DNA from: Octopus sinensis
Taxonomy: Eukaryota
DNA: 44,860 nt
Reading direction: 5' to 3'
Assembly: GCF_006345805.1 (NCBI RefSeq)
Contig: NW_021834874.1
Location: 1 to 44,860, forward strand
Position 1 is the first letter of the stretch; the number at the start of each line of letters is the position of its first letter. Both the position numbers and the translations under genes were made by a program. Shown here piece by piece: positions 11,117-23,871 of this stretch. The notes under the pieces are model-generated. The model saw only the letters and a program-made list of their open reading frames with translations. It had not been told where the DNA came from and searched no databases.

Positions 11117-11340
11117 AACAAGACCACAGAGAGAGCGCAACACCAAGGTCCTCTCAACGATTGGCGAGAGGTGATTTTTAAAATGAGAATATCTGAAATA
11201 AAGTCGACTGCTCTCACAAACAAGAATACTAAATATGAATCCAACCCCCAAAATTCCTGAAAGTTTCATCCAAATCCATCCAGCGGTTCTTGAGATATCC
11301 TGTCCACGGACAATACCTCCGCCTTCGCTAAGGCAGAGGT
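11117..11340. mobile_element. Helentron/Helitron2-type non-autonomous element (HINE/DINE-1-like)
   Basis: Terminal hairpin ACCTCCGCCTT-CGCT-AAGGCAGAGGT (11315-11340, 10/11 pairs); internal AAAGTTTCATCCAAATCCATCCAGCGGTTCTTGAGATATC block typical of these elements; AATAAT on both flanks. Confidence 0.55.
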
Positions 11341-11351
11341 AATAATACATT

Positions 11352-11765
11352 TCATGTGACTGTCCCAATCGACTTATATGTATCTGTTAAAACCCAGCAA
11401 AAACTGAGCAAGAATCAAGATCTTGAAATAGAAATTGGCAATCTGAAGGAATAATAGCAAAAGGGGCTGGTTCCTATCTAGCCCAGATGCAAGGAAACCC
11501 CTAAATGGCAGATATTCAAAAGATAGTGTTCATGAGATCTGCCCGTATCCTACGTAAAATAGTCGATGTAATCTCAAATTTTAAAACAAACTGATAATTT
11601 TCTTGTTTTCTTAAACATTCTCTAGAACACTACTATGTACAAAACCAAATATATGGCACCCGAGGCATAACACCAACATGAACTTCCAACCCTGTTGTCT
11701 CTTGAGGTCTCTGGGTGAGACTTGGAGCCAACTTGTACAAATACAAAGCAAATGTCAAAGATAAA
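11352..11765 (+). mobile_element. 3' fragment of an R4/Dong-like (restriction-like endonuclease) non-LTR retrotransposon
   Basis: Translates VTVPIDLYVSVKTQQKLSKNQDLEIEIGNL ... DIQKIVFMRSARILRK, resembling the RLE C-terminus. A 3' UTR follows and ends directly in (AAT)n. Confidence 0.7.
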
Positions 11766-11785
11766 ATAATAATAATAATAACATA

Positions 11786-11829
<44 letters not shown>

Positions 11830-11848
11830 TAATAATAATAATAATAAT
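11766..11848. repeat. (AAT)n microsatellite
   Basis: Direct reading. Confidence 0.95.
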
Positions 11849-11849
11849 A

Positions 11850-12010
11850 GAATGTGAAGATGGTGCCAATTTATATTGGATCCTTGGAGACAGGAAAGTA
11901 TTAGATAGCTGAGAAGAACGGACAGCATGGTACGGTAGGCTGGGGGTGGTAAGCCCGTTACGCGAGCAAGACTGCAGGAGCTGCAACAAAACCTGTGATA
12001 AAGAGAGGAT
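11850..12010 (+). mobile_element. Possible second, degenerate R4/Dong-like C-terminal fragment
   Basis: Begins at the (AAT)n edge with NVKMVPIYIGSL (compare the VPIVIGALG motif) and ends in a short GATAATAATAA. Confidence 0.35.
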
Positions 12011-13509
12011 AATAATAAATCTATTGAGGATCATTCTGATATTAATGGTGAAAAATACTCATGATTGTGATGGATGAAAAATTACGAAATAAACGATAGC
12101 AAACTGATAATGATTTGTATTAGACTTCTGTTGCTGGTGATGATGATAATGGTGATGAGGGGCAGGTGGAGAAAGAGGACGACGACGAAGAGGAGGAGAA
12201 GTATGACTTTAAAATCGATAAGGTTTTGTTATGGAGATGGTAGGAATGTAAGACTGATAGATTCGATAATACAGTTGATGATAATAATGATAATTATAAT
12301 GACGAATTTAGTTATAACTAAGATAGGGGGGACAGGCAAGAACTGTTTTCCCCAATGTTAGAGATTGATAGTGATGAGATTGGATCCCTACACTTTAGGG
12401 TCCAACTCCCCCAACCATCCAATATGTACCCTTTACTTTCTCATTGCTCATCCATGAGCCGTTTTGTCCGTTCCAAATATTTCCATAAGTTTATTAACTC
12501 CCATGATTGTTTTTTCAGATTTTTAGTTGGCCCCTGTTTAATAGAAATTTTTCGTTTCGTTAGTTTTTAGATATTCTTGCTTTTGTCAAATAACGGCGAA
12601 TGTGTGTCGTATTTGAAGCATGGGACACCAGGGAAAACTCACGATACACAGAACAAGCAAAGTGTTAACATTGACAAGAGACGCTAAAAATATTCGTTTA
12701 GAGAAGCCGAATATTCATGTAAATATCTAATGTTGAATGATACAAATACGAATTGAACAAACCCAGCACTAACGCGCGATCCATATAAAGAAAAATAACA
12801 AGAAAACAAGCAAAAAAATGTCTTGTAAGAAAATTCTCGCATGTCAACGTCCAGCCGAGCAGAAGTATGTTGTTATTACTATGCATATCTTTCCTCAATC
12901 AATTCATCCATCGATTTTTAGTCTGTCACCGCAGTCATCATCCGTTTGAGCTGAGGTTGTCTTGACCAGCAATTGCTCATCTTCATTCATAATGTGATTT
13001 ATTCCAGTCTCAGGACATCTTTAAATATTCCCATTTCGCTGACATCCGATGTCTGTTCATGTTTCACACTCGGTGGACATTAACCAGAAGCTTTAGAAAA
13101 AAAGGACGCACCACCAGTTCCGCACGGAAACGAATAAATCGCTTCCCAGCACAGAGTGCGCCAGACATTTGTCTCCACTTCAACTGGACAGCATTCACAA
13201 TTCATTTATTTTTTGATTAATAATTAATAATTAATGATTGATAATTAACAATTAATAAGTCATTAATATTTAATCAATTTGATGAACTAATTTCGTTTCA
13301 AAATTTCTACATTATATCTGGATGTTTTCAAGATATCCTTGCTACTACTGCTTCTGCTGCTGTTTGTGATGTTGTTGCTGTTGTTGTCGCTGCTGCTGTT
13401 GCTGCTGCTGTTATTGCTATTCATAGCAAATTATTTGGTTATTGCTAATTATTATCAATAGAAATATCCGCAGTATGATCCGATATCTGACGTACACATG
13501 CGTATGTAG

Positions 13510-13924
<415 letters not shown>

Positions 13925-14234
13925 TGTTTCTTTATTAGCCACACAGGGCTGCACACAGATAGAACAAATTACAAGGTAGAGCTTTTCTTTTGAAGGTTTA
14001 AAAAATAAAAAAAATAAAATTAAAATAAAATAAAAAAAGGGGGGGGTCGATCAAAAGGGATCGTTATCACAGAAATGTCAATATGAAGTTTAAAGGGGAG
14101 GACAGGTGAGGTTTACCCGTGGAAAGAAAAGCCTACGGAAAAGACCACGGTAACCTCGGTCAATGAAGTCACATGTTATATTTTTTTTTTTTTTTTTTTG
14201 CAAATAAGCAACTCTCTGTATTAATTTTTACGGT

Positions 14235-17200
14235 TCATAGAATCATAGTCAAGGTGGCTTCGTCATTCATACGTGCCATCCTTGCTACATTCACCCATCT
14301 TTTTTAAAACATTCACTAGACAAAACTTGCCTCTCTACTCTCACTTTTTTCTTCAAGTGATACTTGAAGAAGTTGATGAGAGATTGACCAGAGAGGAAAG
14401 TGTTTGTCTCTAATCCTTTCAGACGCGTCCACCAGATACATTCTTTCGCCATAGCCACAAGTATGATAAAAATAGCTCTTCCTTCACGTTTGAAGGAAGG
14501 AGGCGTGACGATATTAACGATAGACTCGGCTGATAAACCGACACGTCCCACACGTGACAGCAGTCGTTCGACATAAGCCCACAGGTGGGAAATTGCTGGA
14601 CACTGCACGATTGCGTGCAGAGCGGTTTCGTCGCTCTGCCCGCATCTCGGGCAGGTCGGCCCCGTGTTTCTCGAGCCATGCCTATAGAGCTTATCCCGAA
14701 CGGGTAGCGCTTCTCGGTAGCACCGCCAGGCCAGGGATCTCTGGAAGTTGTCCATAGGTCCCGGGCCGAAAGTCGTTTGAAACAGGCGGGTCAGGTATTC
14801 CTCGTCGACGCCCAGGTTTGCCCCGAGCTCGTCGTCGTACCTCCCCTCCACTAATCCCCTATAGAATGCTTTGGTTGTGTTGAAGTCACTCAAGGTCGAC
14901 CCGGACGGCAGAGTTGCTTGAGAGCAACGCGACACTCGCGGTGCCATTCGCCCTTCTTCGGCCTCTTTTTGATCCACGACTGTAGTTCGGTCATGGAGAC
15001 GAGTTGCGGGAATGCGTGCCTCACAAACGGCGACCACACCTGTTCACCGTCGTCTACATAGAGCCGGAGATGTCGCAGTCTCAGCGCGTGTCTGCGCATC
15101 ATCAACCACGGCATGCCCAGCCCTCCTTTTCACGGGTGTTGACAGCAAATGGATCGCCTGACCATCGGGACGCATCCTTTCCACAAGAAGCGGAAGAGAA
15201 TGCGTTCTAGTTTGGTGATGGTAGGGTCGGGACAAGGTACGACGGTCAGGCGGTAGTAGATGATGGACGCGATGTACGCGTTCACCACCTCCGCCCGACC
15301 TTTTAGGGACAGTTTCCTCTCGGCCCATTGCTGGGCGAGAGTGACCACCCTACTCGTTATCTCGTTCCAGTTCTTCTCCATTTGGAGGTCCGGACCGAAC
15401 CAGACCCCGAGCAACTCAACCGGGCCGTCTGTCCAGCGTCCCACGACAGAGGTACTGGTGGACGGCATGGGCTTGCTTCTCCAGGTGACGAGCCGCAAGC
15501 CCACTGACTTTTCCCGGTTGATTTTGCTCCTGTCACCGCTTCGTAGTCTTTCAGTGTCTCGCCGACCCGCTCGATGTGCTCGTGGCTTGACACTATGACG
15601 GTGACGTCGTCCGCGTATGCAGACACGCTCGTCCCGCATCCTAATTCTCGCGGGATGCCCCTCAGAGTCGCCAGCTTCCGCAGTAGTGGCTCAAGAGTCA
15701 ATACGTATAGAAGCGCCGAGAGGGGGCATCCCTGACGGACCGAACGTGCAATGTCGAAAGGTCTCGATAGATGTCCATTTACGCGAATTACCGAACGGAT
15801 GCCCCTGTACAAGGCAGCTATCCAGCCGCGGAAGACGGGACCGAAACCAGCCACTCTCAGGACTGCCTCCAAGTATCGATGGTCTACCCTATCAAAGGCT
15901 TTCGATTGATCCAAGTTGATCAGGGCCCCACCCATGCCAGGTTCGTTAACTACCCTGTCTATGATGTAGCGCATCAGATGGAGGTTGTCATGGATGCTCC
16001 GGCCCGGCACGGCGCACGTTTGTGCGTTGTCGACCAGTTTCTCCATGACAAGCGCCAACCTCTTGGCTAACACCTTTGTCAAAATTTTCAGGTCTGCATT
16101 GAGCAGAGTGATTGGCCTAAAGTTATCTATAATGTTTCCCTTGTTTGGATCTTTCTTCAGCAGAGTTACAGCTCCTCGACTCACAAAACCGGGTATGCTC
16201 CCGTTTTGCTGCCAGTTGCAGTATACCGCTGCCAAGACGTCTCCAAACAAGTCTGCATACAATAGTAAAATTCGTAGGGTAGACCATCCAAACCCGTGAT
16301 TTGTCCCTCGAGCATTCTGCCATCGCTTCCCACACTTCCGCCGCCGTGATGGCACCTTCGCAGCACCCTGCCTTTCTTGTCGAGAGTCGTGGCAGGCTAT
16401 GTAGGTAGGCACTGAAGTCTACCCTACGTTCTTGCCCTCCACTCGTCCCGAACAGTCGGGAAAAATGCTGCTGAAAGGCCTCACACATTTTACTTGGCTC
16501 GAGCAATTCGCGCCCCTGTTCATCTACCAGTGACCGAATGGTGGCTTTGTTGCCCTGTTGCGCCTCTGCCACCCGGGCCTCTCTCGCGGCTCCAACACCT
16601 TCGTTCCTTAGAGCACGCATCCTAGCTCTGACAGCACATCCTTCGTGTTTGGCGTTGAAGTGTTGGTCGAGGGCCAACCTCGCCGCCAAAACGTCGGATG
16701 CGATGCCGCTTCTAATTGCCTCTTCTAGCTTCTTAACTAGCTCACCCTCTACTCTATTTCTATCTATGGCTAGTGCTTTGCTGTACCTAATCGCTTCTGC
16801 TTTTACTGCTCTCTTGAGGGCAAACCCCCATTTGTTGTTGATGATGGCTCCCGTCAAAGCCCTCTTTACTAGTGTGCTAATCCGGTCTCTGAAAACTTGT
16901 CTGGACGGGAATGATGCGTTCAGTTTCCAGTACCCAGGACCCTGTCTATGTGCCTTATCTAAGTCTAGCGTACACGTCACCAATTTGTGATCCGTATAGC
17001 TGACTGTGTGGAATTGTGGACATCCTAAGTTATCCTTGTCTACTGTCCTACACAGTATCCTATCTAGATACGATCTCGACGACCCACTGCGGTTGCTCCA
17101 TGTCCACGTTGGTGCATTTGGGTGGTCGAGTCGGTACCTGTCAGACAGTTGGAATCGTCTGAGCAGGTCTCTGAGGCATTTGCATCCCCTTCTGTTTCTG

Positions 17201-17662
17201 TCTCTACCCACGTAGTCTACATGCGTGTCCAAGGTAGCATTCCAATCCCCACTAAGAGTAAAGGACGAGACGTTCCCAAGAATACTTCTAGACGTCGAAA
17301 GAAATCCGCCCGACCTGTTAAGGGCGGTGCGTAGACTGATACGAGTCGAAAAGCGCACCATTGCTGCCGTCAACATCCAGAACGATCAGTCTACCCTCCG
17401 GGTCTACGAATATCGTCTTGACTTCGAGATCCAGGCTCTTGTGAAAAAGTACCGCGGTGCCACTACTGCCCATCCTCGGCAGACAGGGAGCGAAATAAAT
17501 GTTAAACTGTCCGCCAACATTGACTTTAGGGCCCGTGGCTCGTGGAGTCTGGTCTCACTTATGGCTATGATTCCCAAATCATGTGACTTGTGTCATTTAG
17601 GAGGTATCCTTGTTTCCAAGGAGACCCCAAGCCACGCGCATTCACACAACAATCTTGACCAT
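14235..17662 (-). pseudogene. Tx1 ORF2: APE endonuclease + reverse transcriptase + C-terminal zinc finger (multiple frameshifts)
   Basis: Start MVKI..VNARGL..IIAISETRL; APE motifs GDWNA, SYLDRIL, TDHKLV; RT motifs [47 protein letters not shown]; CPRCGQSDETALHAIVQC. Pieces correspond to ORFs 16123..17376, 15357..16412, 15130..15639, 15044..15328 and 14291..15037. Confidence 0.92.
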
Positions 17663-17712
17663 GATTCTATTGGGGTGTGTGCTTTAAAACACACAAATGA
17701 AAGTACAGAGAG

Positions 17713-18731
17713 TTACTTACTTGTGTCGAAAGTTTTGGCTTCCTCGTTCTTTGATGTGTCTTCGATGAGGTTTCTATATAGTTTTTGGGACAGATATTTT
17801 TGGAAACCCCCTACAGCATTTGGGAAGAGGGCTTTGAGTTTGTGGTGTTGTGTTGTGTGATGTGTAGTATTTTGATGTGTTTGGGTGGTGTGTAGTGCGT
17901 GGATGATTGCTATTTTTAAAGTCATCTTCACAAATGTTTGTGTATCCTGTGATGTACTCCATTAGTTTGGAGTCTTTTGTGTCTATCGCTGATAGCATTG
18001 TTTTTGTGGTGTTGGTGCTTGTTTTGTTGTGTATGGAGTTTTCAGGGTTCAGGTATCTCCTGCTTTGGTTGCGATTCTTGTTTGGTTTTTCTTGATCTTT
18101 TCTTTTACCCCCTGTGGCTATTTGCCATTCTGTCGAACTTTCATCGTTAGATGAAAAGTCTGACGAATCAGCAGGGGGCAAGGGTAAGGGTAAAGCGTCT
18201 GGGTGTGTGTTTGTGCGGTTGTAGATATTGTTGTGGTGCGCGGGGAGGGTGTTGCTGGGGGGTTTGTTGTGGTTATTGTCTCTCCTACATCCTTGGTGCT
18301 TGTCTTCTTCGTTGTTATTCTTGGTGTTGGAATTGGTTTATTTGTTGTTGGTGGTGATGATTCTGTTCTTGGCGCTGGTGTTGGTGTTGGTGTTTGGTTG
18401 GGTTGGCTTGTTCTTTGTTGTTTTCCTGCATTTCCGCATACAGCTTCTTGACTAGCTGTCCATATTGTGGTGTGGGCAATAATCCGGCTTTTGTGATTTT
18501 TCCTGTGGCTGTTTTGTTGTTTGTAATTTTGCGGCAGATTTGCACTCCTTTTTGAGGTGTGCCTCACTGCCACATGTATAGCATCGTGGCATTCTGCCCT
18601 CGACTACTACGTATAACTTGCGGCCATCCTCAAGATGTACGTGGGTGGGGATTTTATTTATGTCCTCTTGACTTATGTGGAAGAGGAACTCTATTCTCTT
18701 TCCCAGCCAGTCCTTGTTTTCCGAAACACCG
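17713..18731 (-). pseudogene. Tx1 ORF1 (gag-like) C-terminal part with zinc knuckle and Pro/Thr-rich region
   Basis: VVVEGRMPRCYTCGSEAHLKKEC (CX2CX4HX4C) in ORF 18452..18949, continuing through frameshifted ORFs 18118..18573, 17774..18181 and 17713..17931. Confidence 0.8.
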
Positions 18732-18840
<109 letters not shown>

Positions 18841-19635
18841 TGTTTTTATTATGGCCACACATGGCTAAACACAGAAAATAGACGAAATACAATGTAGAGT
18901 TTTTCTTTTCGAGGTGAGATGGGTGGGACACATAAAAGAAAAAGTCCAATCAATAGGAATCGTTGGGCTGTGTTATGTACAAAAAAGGAAAGACATAAAT
19001 ATATATATAAAGTTCCAAAAAAGTGGGGACGATATTGTTTACAGTTTAGGTGTAGCCTTGGAAAGAAAAACCTACAAAAGACCAAGGTCACCTCAGGCAG
19101 TTCAAAATGTCCATAAGAGTAAGAACCTTTCCTCTCGTTTTCTCTTTTTGTTACAGATTTATGCTTAAAATGGTCTCGTCTTTTATACTGACCATTCTTG
19201 CCACATTTACCCATTTTTTTATTGAAACTTTCATTCAACAATACTTTCCTCTCTATTCTCATCCTCCTTTTCAAGTGGTACTTGAAAAAGTTGAGAGACT
19301 GACCAGAGAGGAAAGTGTTTGTTTGTAGGCCTTTCAAACGCATTCTTTCGCCATAGCTGTCAGTGTTACGAAAAACGTTTTTCCTACCCGTTTAAAGGAA
19401 GGTTGCGGAACAATATTCACGATAGACTCGGTTGATAAGCGGACCCGTCCCACACGCGACACCAGCTGTTCGACGAAGGTCCACAGCTCTGAAATATCTG
19501 GACACTGCACGACTGCGTGCAGAACGGTTTCGTCGCTCTGACCGCATCTCGGGTACGTCGGTCCGGTGGTCTTCGAACCGTGTCTGTAGCTCTTCTCTCG
19601 AACTGGTAGTGCGTCTCGATAGCATTGCCAAGCCT
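18841..19635 (-). mobile_element. Tx1-clade LINE, copy B (related subfamily), heavily 5'-truncated
   Basis: AWQCYRDALPVRE..TYPRCGQSDETVLHAVVQCP..MAKECV..LKGLQTNTFLSGQSL is colinear with copy A. The 3' UTR shares the block GGAAAGAAAA.CCTAC..AAAGACCA.GGT.ACCTC and the terminal motif. Confidence 0.9.
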
Positions 19636-20472
19636 TCAAAGTAAGAGAATGCCCTGGTAGCGCTCTAGCCACTTCGTGAAAGCCTCATAGAGATCCTCCA
19701 AAGAGAAGGTTCTAGGACACTTTATCTTCAAAATGATTGCCCTGGCGTCCACTTTTAGCTTGGGGTGTAGCCATAATTATCAGAAGGAAGATCTGGACTG
19801 TAGGGAGTTCGGATAATTGTTTTGATGCCTCTTTCTATCAAGTATTTGGTTAACCGAATGCTTCTCACTAAGATTCCTGTGATCAAATTTTACACATATT
19901 TTACGAATGTTCTTCATGAATAATTCTGTGTACACAAGCTCCAAACTGTATGCTTAATATCTTTATACGCACACGTCGGTTTTCGTATTTTCTCAAATAG
20001 ATTTGATGATTAGACATTCCTCTCTCTCTCCTACACCTCTCTTCATTTCTTACTTCTCCATCGCCCTTGAACCTCTTGTGCCAGCGAAAAAGTTAATCCA
20101 TAAGTATTCTGAACTTTCCATAAGTTTCTGTAACGTTTTAGCCCAGTTTAAATACGAAACTTTTTGCACAGCAAGTTCCCGAACGTTCAGACTTCATTCT
20201 GCAGTATTTAGTAGGTTTTATTCTATGTATTGTAACAGCTGTCTCCTTCAATAACAAAACTTTGCAGTTCAGCTTATTAAATGTGTAGAAATGATATACT
20301 AAAATTTTAATAATCAAGGACTGTTAAAACCGCCTCTTCAAAAGAGATCTCAAAACTTCCGTCATTCACCTTGTTTCTATCACCACTATTCTTCAACAAA
20401 CTTCACAGAAATATCGTTTCATTTCACTATAAATAATTCCGCACGCATCTGATATTTCCTAGTCACCCTACA
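19632..20472 (-). mobile_element. Decayed mariner (Tc1/mariner) element
   Basis: Minus-strand relics: FKLG*NVTETYGK, FRWHKRFKGDGEV, PYSPDL-PSD, LEDLYEAFTKWLERY and a terminal YFEG; TA-GGGTGAC-like left end near 20470. Confidence 0.7.
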
Positions 20473-20979
20473 TATATTATTTGATTGCTAAAAACAAACC
20501 AGCAAATCACAAGATACTGCTCCGGTCTCAGAGACAGCATTGTTGCTGTCACTGCTAAACACACGCACTCACAAATAAACGCATATCTCAGATGACATCA
20601 TAAAGTCCTCCAACAGAGTGACAAGCAACTGACTCATTGCAATGTTCGACACGTGACGCACTGTCCTCTTCTCTATTTCCCGATAAGAGCAATGGCTACT
20701 TTTACCACATACACACATAAATCCACCCGCTTATACCCGCTTCTTATCCAAACATCACCAGTTCTATGTCTCAGCAACCACACCACCGTCTCACCAGAGA
20801 ACAGGACACTTCAAGCAAATTTTCCTGCGTGATAAACAAAAGGTTGAAATGGAATTATAACTGTATACCAATCAAAATACACAAGATATGTGTGTGTGTG
20901 CATTGAACACACACGGACACAGACACGCGCGTGCACACATTAACACACAGACACATATGTCTGTATAAACATATGTGTC

Positions 20980-21026
<47 letters not shown>

Positions 21027-21064
21027 GTGTGTGGTGTGTGTGTGTATGTGTGTGTGTGCCTGTG

Positions 21065-21240
21065 CTTCTCCCCCAGCATCGCTTGACAACCTATGCTAGT
21101 GTGTTTACGTCCCCGTAACTTAGCAGTTCAGTAAAAGATTTACAAAGAATAAGTGCTGGGGTCGATTTGCTTGACTAAAGGCGGTGCTCCAGCATGGCCG
21201 CAGTCAAATGACAGAAACAATTAAAAGAATAAGAAAATGA
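21065..21240 (+). mobile_element. Family A SINE, 3' half
   Basis: CATCGCTTGACAAC...GTTTACGTCCCCGTAACTTAGCAGTTC...CTCCAGCATGGCCGCAGTCAAATGAC, matching 35450-35610. Confidence 0.85.
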
Positions 21241-21249
21241 AAGAACATA

Positions 21250-21340
21250 TATATGTGTGCGTGTATGTGTGTGCGTGTATGTGTGTGCGTGTATGTGTGT
21301 GCGTGTATGTGTGTGCGTGTATGTGTGTGCGTGTATGTGT
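21250..21340. repeat. 14-bp tandem repeat ATGTGTGTGCGTGT, about 6 copies
   Basis: Direct reading. Confidence 0.85.
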
Positions 21341-21369
21341 TTATTGCCATGCTAGCACTTACTAGGTCG

Positions 21370-21760
21370 ATTCATGTATGTGTGTGTCTTTATGTATGTG
21401 TTTTATGTTCGTGAGTGTGTGTGTGCGTGCACGCGCACGTATACAGGTGTGAGTACGTGTGTGTGTGTGTGTGCCTGTGTGCGTCCATGCATGTGTGTGT
21501 GTGCGTGTGTGTGTGTGTGCGGGCGTGTGTGTGTGTGTGTGTGTACCTGTGTGTGTATGTGCGTGCATGCATGTGTGTATGTTTGTGCGCTCGCGTGTGT
21601 ATTTGCGTATTGATTAAATTTCTTAATTATTTGTTTCACTTGTCGATCTTCCGATATTTTCTCGTGAAGAATTCCTTAAATCACAAGCTGAAAATTATAT
21701 ACCCACTTCTATACCCGCTCACGCGCGCATATATTTCTCCTTTGTTATCCACATATACAT

Positions 21761-21803
<43 letters not shown>

Positions 21804-21868
21804 ATATATTTATAGATAGATAGATATATGATAGATAGATAGATAGATATATAGATAGATAGATAGAC

Positions 21869-21899
<31 letters not shown>

Positions 21900-22037
21900 C
21901 AGATAGATAGATAGATAGATATATAGATAGATAGATATACATATATACATATATATGCGCATGAGTATATACATGCATGTATACATTAATATACAGATAA
22001 ATATATGTATATATATATAAATATGTGTTTATATATA

Positions 22038-22084
<47 letters not shown>

Positions 22085-22223
22085 TACATATATATTATAT
22101 ATACATTCATATGAATAGATAGATACATTCATACATACATACATAAATATATACATACATATATTATTATCATTATCATCACCATTATTTTGCTTACTAT
22201 GCATATATGTGTGTGTTTGCGTG

Positions 22224-22254
<31 letters not shown>

Positions 22255-22260
22255 TATGAT
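21370..22260. repeat. Compound (TG)n/(TA)n/(GATA)n microsatellite region
   Basis: Direct reading. Confidence 0.9.
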
Positions 22261-23153
22261 ATACGACGTACTTCTTTATTTCTTTCATGTCAATTCACGA
22301 TACGAGGAACTGGTCTTGAAGAGACACCATTCTGTGTGTTTTGACGCTTTCTTCTTGATATCAGCTAAGTTCATTCAACCTAACAATAACCATTTACTAA
22401 GAGTAGCAGACAAGATTCTTCAGTCGCCATTGTTGCTATTGACACAACGATAAACTCTTTGTGAAGCGTCCAGCGAGTTGCACAGCGTTTGCAAGTTTTA
22501 TAACTGCACCCCTAACGCATTGAACTTTTTTTTGTTTTTGAAACTGTATATGACGTCTCTGTCTTGAAATCTTTGAGTATTTTCAGCATTTCCGTCGGAG
22601 GCAAAGAATATTTGTGTTTGTAGTGTGAATGTAAGAATCTTGTGTTAATAAGCTTCTTTCTTTCTACGTTATATGTTCAAATATTGTCCAGTTTCTTTTT
22701 CTTGTTTGTTTTTTAGTGAAAATATGAAATATAATCTCTTCCTGTCTTGTCTGGTACAAAAAAAGAAATACGTGTTTAAAAATGAGACTGGGACAGATTC
22801 ACACGAGTGAGTGCTCAGACTTGAACCAAACAAAACTTTGGCGTTTAGCCTTGGTGAACGAAAATATATTGATTTTTTACTATGACATAAAACCTAAAAC
22901 CAGAATATATTGGGAAGAGAAGTAGACGACAGTGGTGGTACTGTCAGTTAAGTCTATCTCAAGAGTTAAATGTTATTTATTTCACTGACAACATACGTGG
23001 GAAATGCAAAGTAGCGCTCAGACGGATATTAAACTCAGGGAAATGTAATGGAGCATTTAGGCTGGTGCTGCCATGTGGCCTTTGGTGAAGGATGGCTTTC
23101 AAGAAAGTTTATTTAAAACAACGTAAACAACATATAGACACTAAAACAACCGC

Positions 23154-23231
<78 letters not shown>

Positions 23232-23442
23232 GTGTGTGTATGTGCGTCTACATATGTGTATGTGTGTGTGTGTGGTGTGTGTTTTGATTAAGTACATAAA
23301 GATGTGTGCGAATATCAATATAGACGTTTAGCATATATGTGCGTGTATGTGCATGTGTGTATATGCATATCAATACATATATATATATATATAATATATA
23401 ATTATATATATATATATATATATATACACATTAATTTTAAAT

Positions 23443-23768
23443 GCCGCTCCGTCAGTTACGACGACGGGAGTTCCAGTTGATCCGCTGAACGGAACAGCCT
23501 GCTGGTGAAATTAACATGAAAGTGGCCCAGCGCTCCACAGACATGCATACCCTTAACATAGCTCTCAGTGACATTCAGGTTGACACAGAGTATGACAAGA
23601 CTGGCCCCTTTAAATACAGGTGGTACTCATTGCTGCTACCTAAGTGGACAGGAGCAACGCGAAATAAAGTGTCTTGCTCAAGGACACGACGCGCCTGCGG
23701 GAATCGAACTCACGACCTTTATTTCTTTCATGTCAATTCAAGATACCTTAACCACTATGCCGCGCGCC

Positions 23769-23770
<2 letters not shown>
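23443..23770 (-). mobile_element. tRNA-derived SINE, family C, with conserved central domain
   Basis: Minus-strand head GCAGGCGCGCGGCATAGTGGTTAAGG...GAGTTCGATTCCCGC; central block plus-strand GTGGACAGGAGCAACGCGAAATAAAGTGTCTTGCTCAAGGACAC. Confidence 0.8.
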
Positions 23771-23803
<33 letters not shown>

Positions 23804-23805
23804 TA

Positions 23806-23871
<66 letters not shown>

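Larger units (their letters stand above)
13925..18731 (-). mobile_element. Tx1-clade (L1 superfamily) non-LTR retrotransposon, copy A; ORF1 5'-truncated, ORF2 nearly complete
   Basis: ORF1 CCHC knuckle; ORF2 APE, RT and C-terminal CCHC; 3' UTR with AATAAA about 5 nt before the (TATC)n run; (GATA)n on both sides. Confidence 0.92.

Noticed and set aside
12300-12600. Possible MITE with weak terminal inverted similarity
   Set aside because: Arms too short and imperfect; no TSD identified.
12900-13200. Unique segment with a short minus-strand frame MNEDEQLLVKTTSAQTDDDCGDRLKIDG
   Set aside because: Too short; no motif or splice support.
15260-17860. Plus-strand ORFs overlapping the Tx1 element (for example 16538..16990, 17225..17860)
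   Set aside because: Antisense shadows of GC-rich LINE coding sequence.
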